DNA of 37,561 nucleotides from Enterococcus phage AE4_2: sequence record MT747435.1; one strand, 5' to 3'. Shown piece by piece: positions 35,860 to 37,561 of this stretch (position 1 is its first letter; each line of letters starts with the position of its first letter). The notes under the pieces were generated by a model. It saw only the letters and a program-made list of their open reading frames with translations, ran no database searches and was not told where the DNA came from. The position numbers and the translations under genes were made by a program.

Positions 35860-37161
35860 ATGAAAAAGAAAATTTTAGCAGGAGCGCTTGTCGCTCTGTT
35901 TTTTATGCCTACCGGTGTATTTGCTGCAAAAGGAGATCAAGGTGTGGATTGGGCGATTTATCAAGGCGAACAAGGTCGTTTTGGCTATGCACATGATAAA
36001 TTCGCTATTGCCCAGATTGGTGGCTACAATGCTAGCGGTATTTATGAACAATACACATATAAAACGCAAGTAGCAAGTGCTATTGCCCAAGGTAAACGTG
36101 CGCATACCTATATTTGGTATGACACTTGGGGAAACATGGACATTGCGAAAACAACAATGGATTACTTTTTGCCACGTATTCAAACGCCTAAAAATTCCAT
36201 CGTTGCATTAGATTTTGAACATGGAGCGTTGGCTAGTGTTCCAGATGGATATGGAGGATATGTAAGTTCAGATGCCGAAAAAGCAGCAAATACAGAGACA
36301 ATTTTGTACGGTATGCGCAGAATCAAACAGGCTGGCTATACTCCAATGTATTACAGCTATAAGCCATTTACACTAAATCATGTAAACTATCAACAAATCA
36401 TCAAAGAGTTTCCTAACTCTTTATGGATTGCTGCGTATCCTATCGATGGTGTGTCACCATATCCATTGTATGCTTATTTCCCAAGCATGGATGGTATTGG
36501 CATTTGGCAATTCACATCCGCTTATATTGCAGGTGGTTTAGATGGTAACGTAGATTTAACAGGAATTACGGATAGTGGTTATACAGATACAAATAAACCA
36601 GAAACGGATACGCCAGCAACAGATGCAGGCGAAGAAATTGAAAAAATACCTAATTCTGATGTTAAAGTTGGCGATACCGTCAAAGTGAAATTTAATGTAG
36701 ATGCTTGGGCAACTGGTGAAGCTATTCCGCAATGGGTAAAAGGAAACAGCTATAAAGTGCAAGAAGTAACTGGAAGCAGAGTATTGCTAGAAGGCATCTT
36801 GTCATGGATTAGCAAAGGTGATATTGAATTATTGCCAGATGCAGTAACGGTTCCTGATAAACAACCAGAAGCAACACATGTGGTTCAATATGGCGAAACA
36901 TTATCGAGCATTGCTTACCAATACGGAACAGATTATCAAACGTTGGCGGCATTAAATGGATTGGCTAATCCAAATTTAATTTATCCTGGTCAAGTTTTGA
37001 AAGTAAATGGATCAGTAGTAAGCAATGTTTATACAGTTCAATACGGTGATAATTTATCAAATATTGCAGCCAAACTCGGCACTACTTATCAAGCCTTAGC
37101 TGCATTAAACGGATTAGCAAATCCTAACTTGATTTATCCTGGTCAAACATTGAATTATTAA
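35860..37161 (+). CDS. Endolysin: signal peptide + GH25 muramidase + SH3-like linker + 2x LysM
   Basis: [35 protein letters not shown] ... [12 protein letters not shown] closely matches the GH25 (Cpl-1-type) catalytic core. Two C-terminal LysM repeats ([25 protein letters not shown] ... ; [25 protein letters not shown] ...). N-terminus [23 protein letters not shown] is a Sec-type signal peptide. Confidence 0.85.
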   Translation: MKKKILAGALVALFFMPTGVFAAKGDQGVDWAIYQGEQGRFGYAHDKFAIAQIGGYNASGIYEQYTYKTQVASAIAQGKRAHTYIWYDTWGNMDIAKTTMDYFLPRIQTPKNSIVALDFEHGALASVPDGYGGYVSSDAEKAANTETILYGMRRIKQAGYTPMYYSYKPFTLNHVNYQQIIKEFPNSLWIAAYPIDGVSPYPLYAYFPSMDGIGIWQFTSAYIAGGLDGNVDLTGITDSGYTDTNKPETDTPATDAGEEIEKIPNSDVKVGDTVKVKFNVDAWATGEAIPQWVKGNSYKVQEVTGSRVLLEGILSWISKGDIELLPDAVTVPDKQPEATHVVQYGETLSSIAYQYGTDYQTLAALNGLANPNLIYPGQVLKVNGSVVSNVYTVQYGDNLSNIAAKLGTTYQALAALNGLANPNLIYPGQTLNY

Positions 37162-37205
37162 TAGCTTTAATATAAAATAAGGATACACTTATTTAAATTT
37201 CTCTC

Positions 37206-37234
37206 GAGTCGCCGTCCCCAAGGCGGCTCTTTTC
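37206..37234 (+). terminator. Rho-independent terminator after the endolysin (GAGTCGCC-GTCCCCAA-GGCGGCTC + TTTTC)
   Basis: 8-bp stem with one G-U pair, then a U-tract. Confidence 0.55.
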
Positions 37235-37235
37235 A

Positions 37236-37309
37236 GGACCATTAGCTCAGTTGGTTAGAGCAAACGGCTCATAACCGTTCGGTCACAGGTTCGAGCCCTG
37301 TATGGTCCA
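37236..37309 (+). tRNA. tRNA-Met (anticodon CAT; could equally be a lysidine-modified tRNA-Ile2)
   Basis: Cloverleaf read directly: acceptor GGACCAT/ATGGTCC, D-arm AGCTCAGTTGGTTAGAGC, anticodon stem AACGG/CCGTT with loop CTCATAA, T-arm CAGG-TTCGAGC-CCTG, discriminator A. No encoded CCA. Confidence 0.85.
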
Positions 37310-37313
37310 TAGC

Positions 37314-37340
37314 TAAAAAGGGCACGAAAAGGGCAAAAGT
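37314..37340. repeat. 27-bp direct repeat copy 1 (AAAAAGGGCACGAAAAGGGCAAAAGTA)
   Basis: Near-identical copy at 37508-37534 (one mismatch in the core). The pair flanks a 167-bp AT-rich segment immediately after the tRNA. Confidence 0.6.
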
Positions 37341-37507
37341 AGTAATACTTTGTCAGATTATGTTGTTTTTTATAAATTTTATTAGTATTATATAGCATTA
37401 TAAATGCCTGTTTTACGGGCTTTTACAATTTTTGTGAAAATTGGACCAAATCCTTGGGATCCAATGGGAGCCCTCGCGTAGCAAGGGATACAGTCTTTCT
37501 TTTTGAA

Positions 37508-37534
37508 AAAAGGGCACAAAAAGGGCAAAAATAA
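37508..37534. repeat. 27-bp direct repeat copy 2 (AAAAAGGGCACAAAAAGGGCAAAAATA)
   Basis: See copy 1. Confidence 0.6.
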
Positions 37535-37561
37535 TTAAAACTAAAAAAGTGGTAGGCTTGG

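Noticed and set aside
37236..37309. tRNA-Met as the attB/attR of this prophage
   Set aside because: The tRNA 3' end points away from the prophage, and a terminator separates it from the lysin. Integration into its 3' end would place the prophage on the other side. It is more likely a flanking host gene, or the att core is the 27-bp repeat downstream.

Overview
The window is essentially one complete temperate siphovirus-type prophage of about 37 kb, from a low-GC Gram-positive host (Lactobacillales/Enterococcus-like, judged from codon usage, AGGAGG-type RBSs and gene content), followed by a host tRNA-Met. I could not run any database searches, so all family assignments are from reading motifs. 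Gene order, left to right: (1) tyrosine integrase on the minus strand at positions 1-1221. (2) Lysogeny module on the minus strand: a lipoprotein, an ImmA/IrrE HEXXH metallopeptidase and an XRE/CI-like repressor. (3) A genetic switch with three 15-bp palindromic operators (GTAATT-N3-AATTAC) and divergent promoters, then a Cro-like gene. (4) A block of small early ORFs, including HTH proteins and a small membrane protein. (5) A replication module: DUF2800-like PD-(D/E)xK nuclease, DUF2815-like SSB-type protein, family-A DNA polymerase with 3'-5' exonuclease motif, an AT-rich orphan DPPY methyltransferase, a primase/helicase of the VirE/D5 type, an iteron-plus-AT-rich origin, a VRR-NUC nuclease and an SNF2 helicase. 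(6) An ArpU/RinA-like late regulator. (7) The packaging and head module: TerS, TerL, a small convergent moron pair, portal, a SPP1-gp7-like minor head protein carrying a C-terminal C3-like ADP-ribosyltransferase domain, two terminator-insulated small ORFs, scaffold, and a major capsid protein with an Ig-like extension reached only by a -1 frameshift at an A7 run. (8) The neck and tail module: connector proteins, a major tail protein with an Fn3-like C-terminus, a G/GT chaperone pair with a canonical T_TTT_TTC -1 frameshift, a tape measure protein with about 20 tandem 11-aa repeats, Dit, a Tal-like protein and two distal tail/RBP candidates. (9) Lysis: an XhlA-like protein, a holin, and a GH25 plus 2xLysM endolysin that carries its own signal peptide. 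(10) Terminator, tRNA-Met, and a pair of 27-bp direct repeats. The most interesting items for follow-up are the packaged-toxin-like ART fusion with its coupled downstream ORF, the two programmed frameshifts, the antisense moron between terL and portal, the origin iterons, and the candidate superinfection-exclusion lipoprotein.
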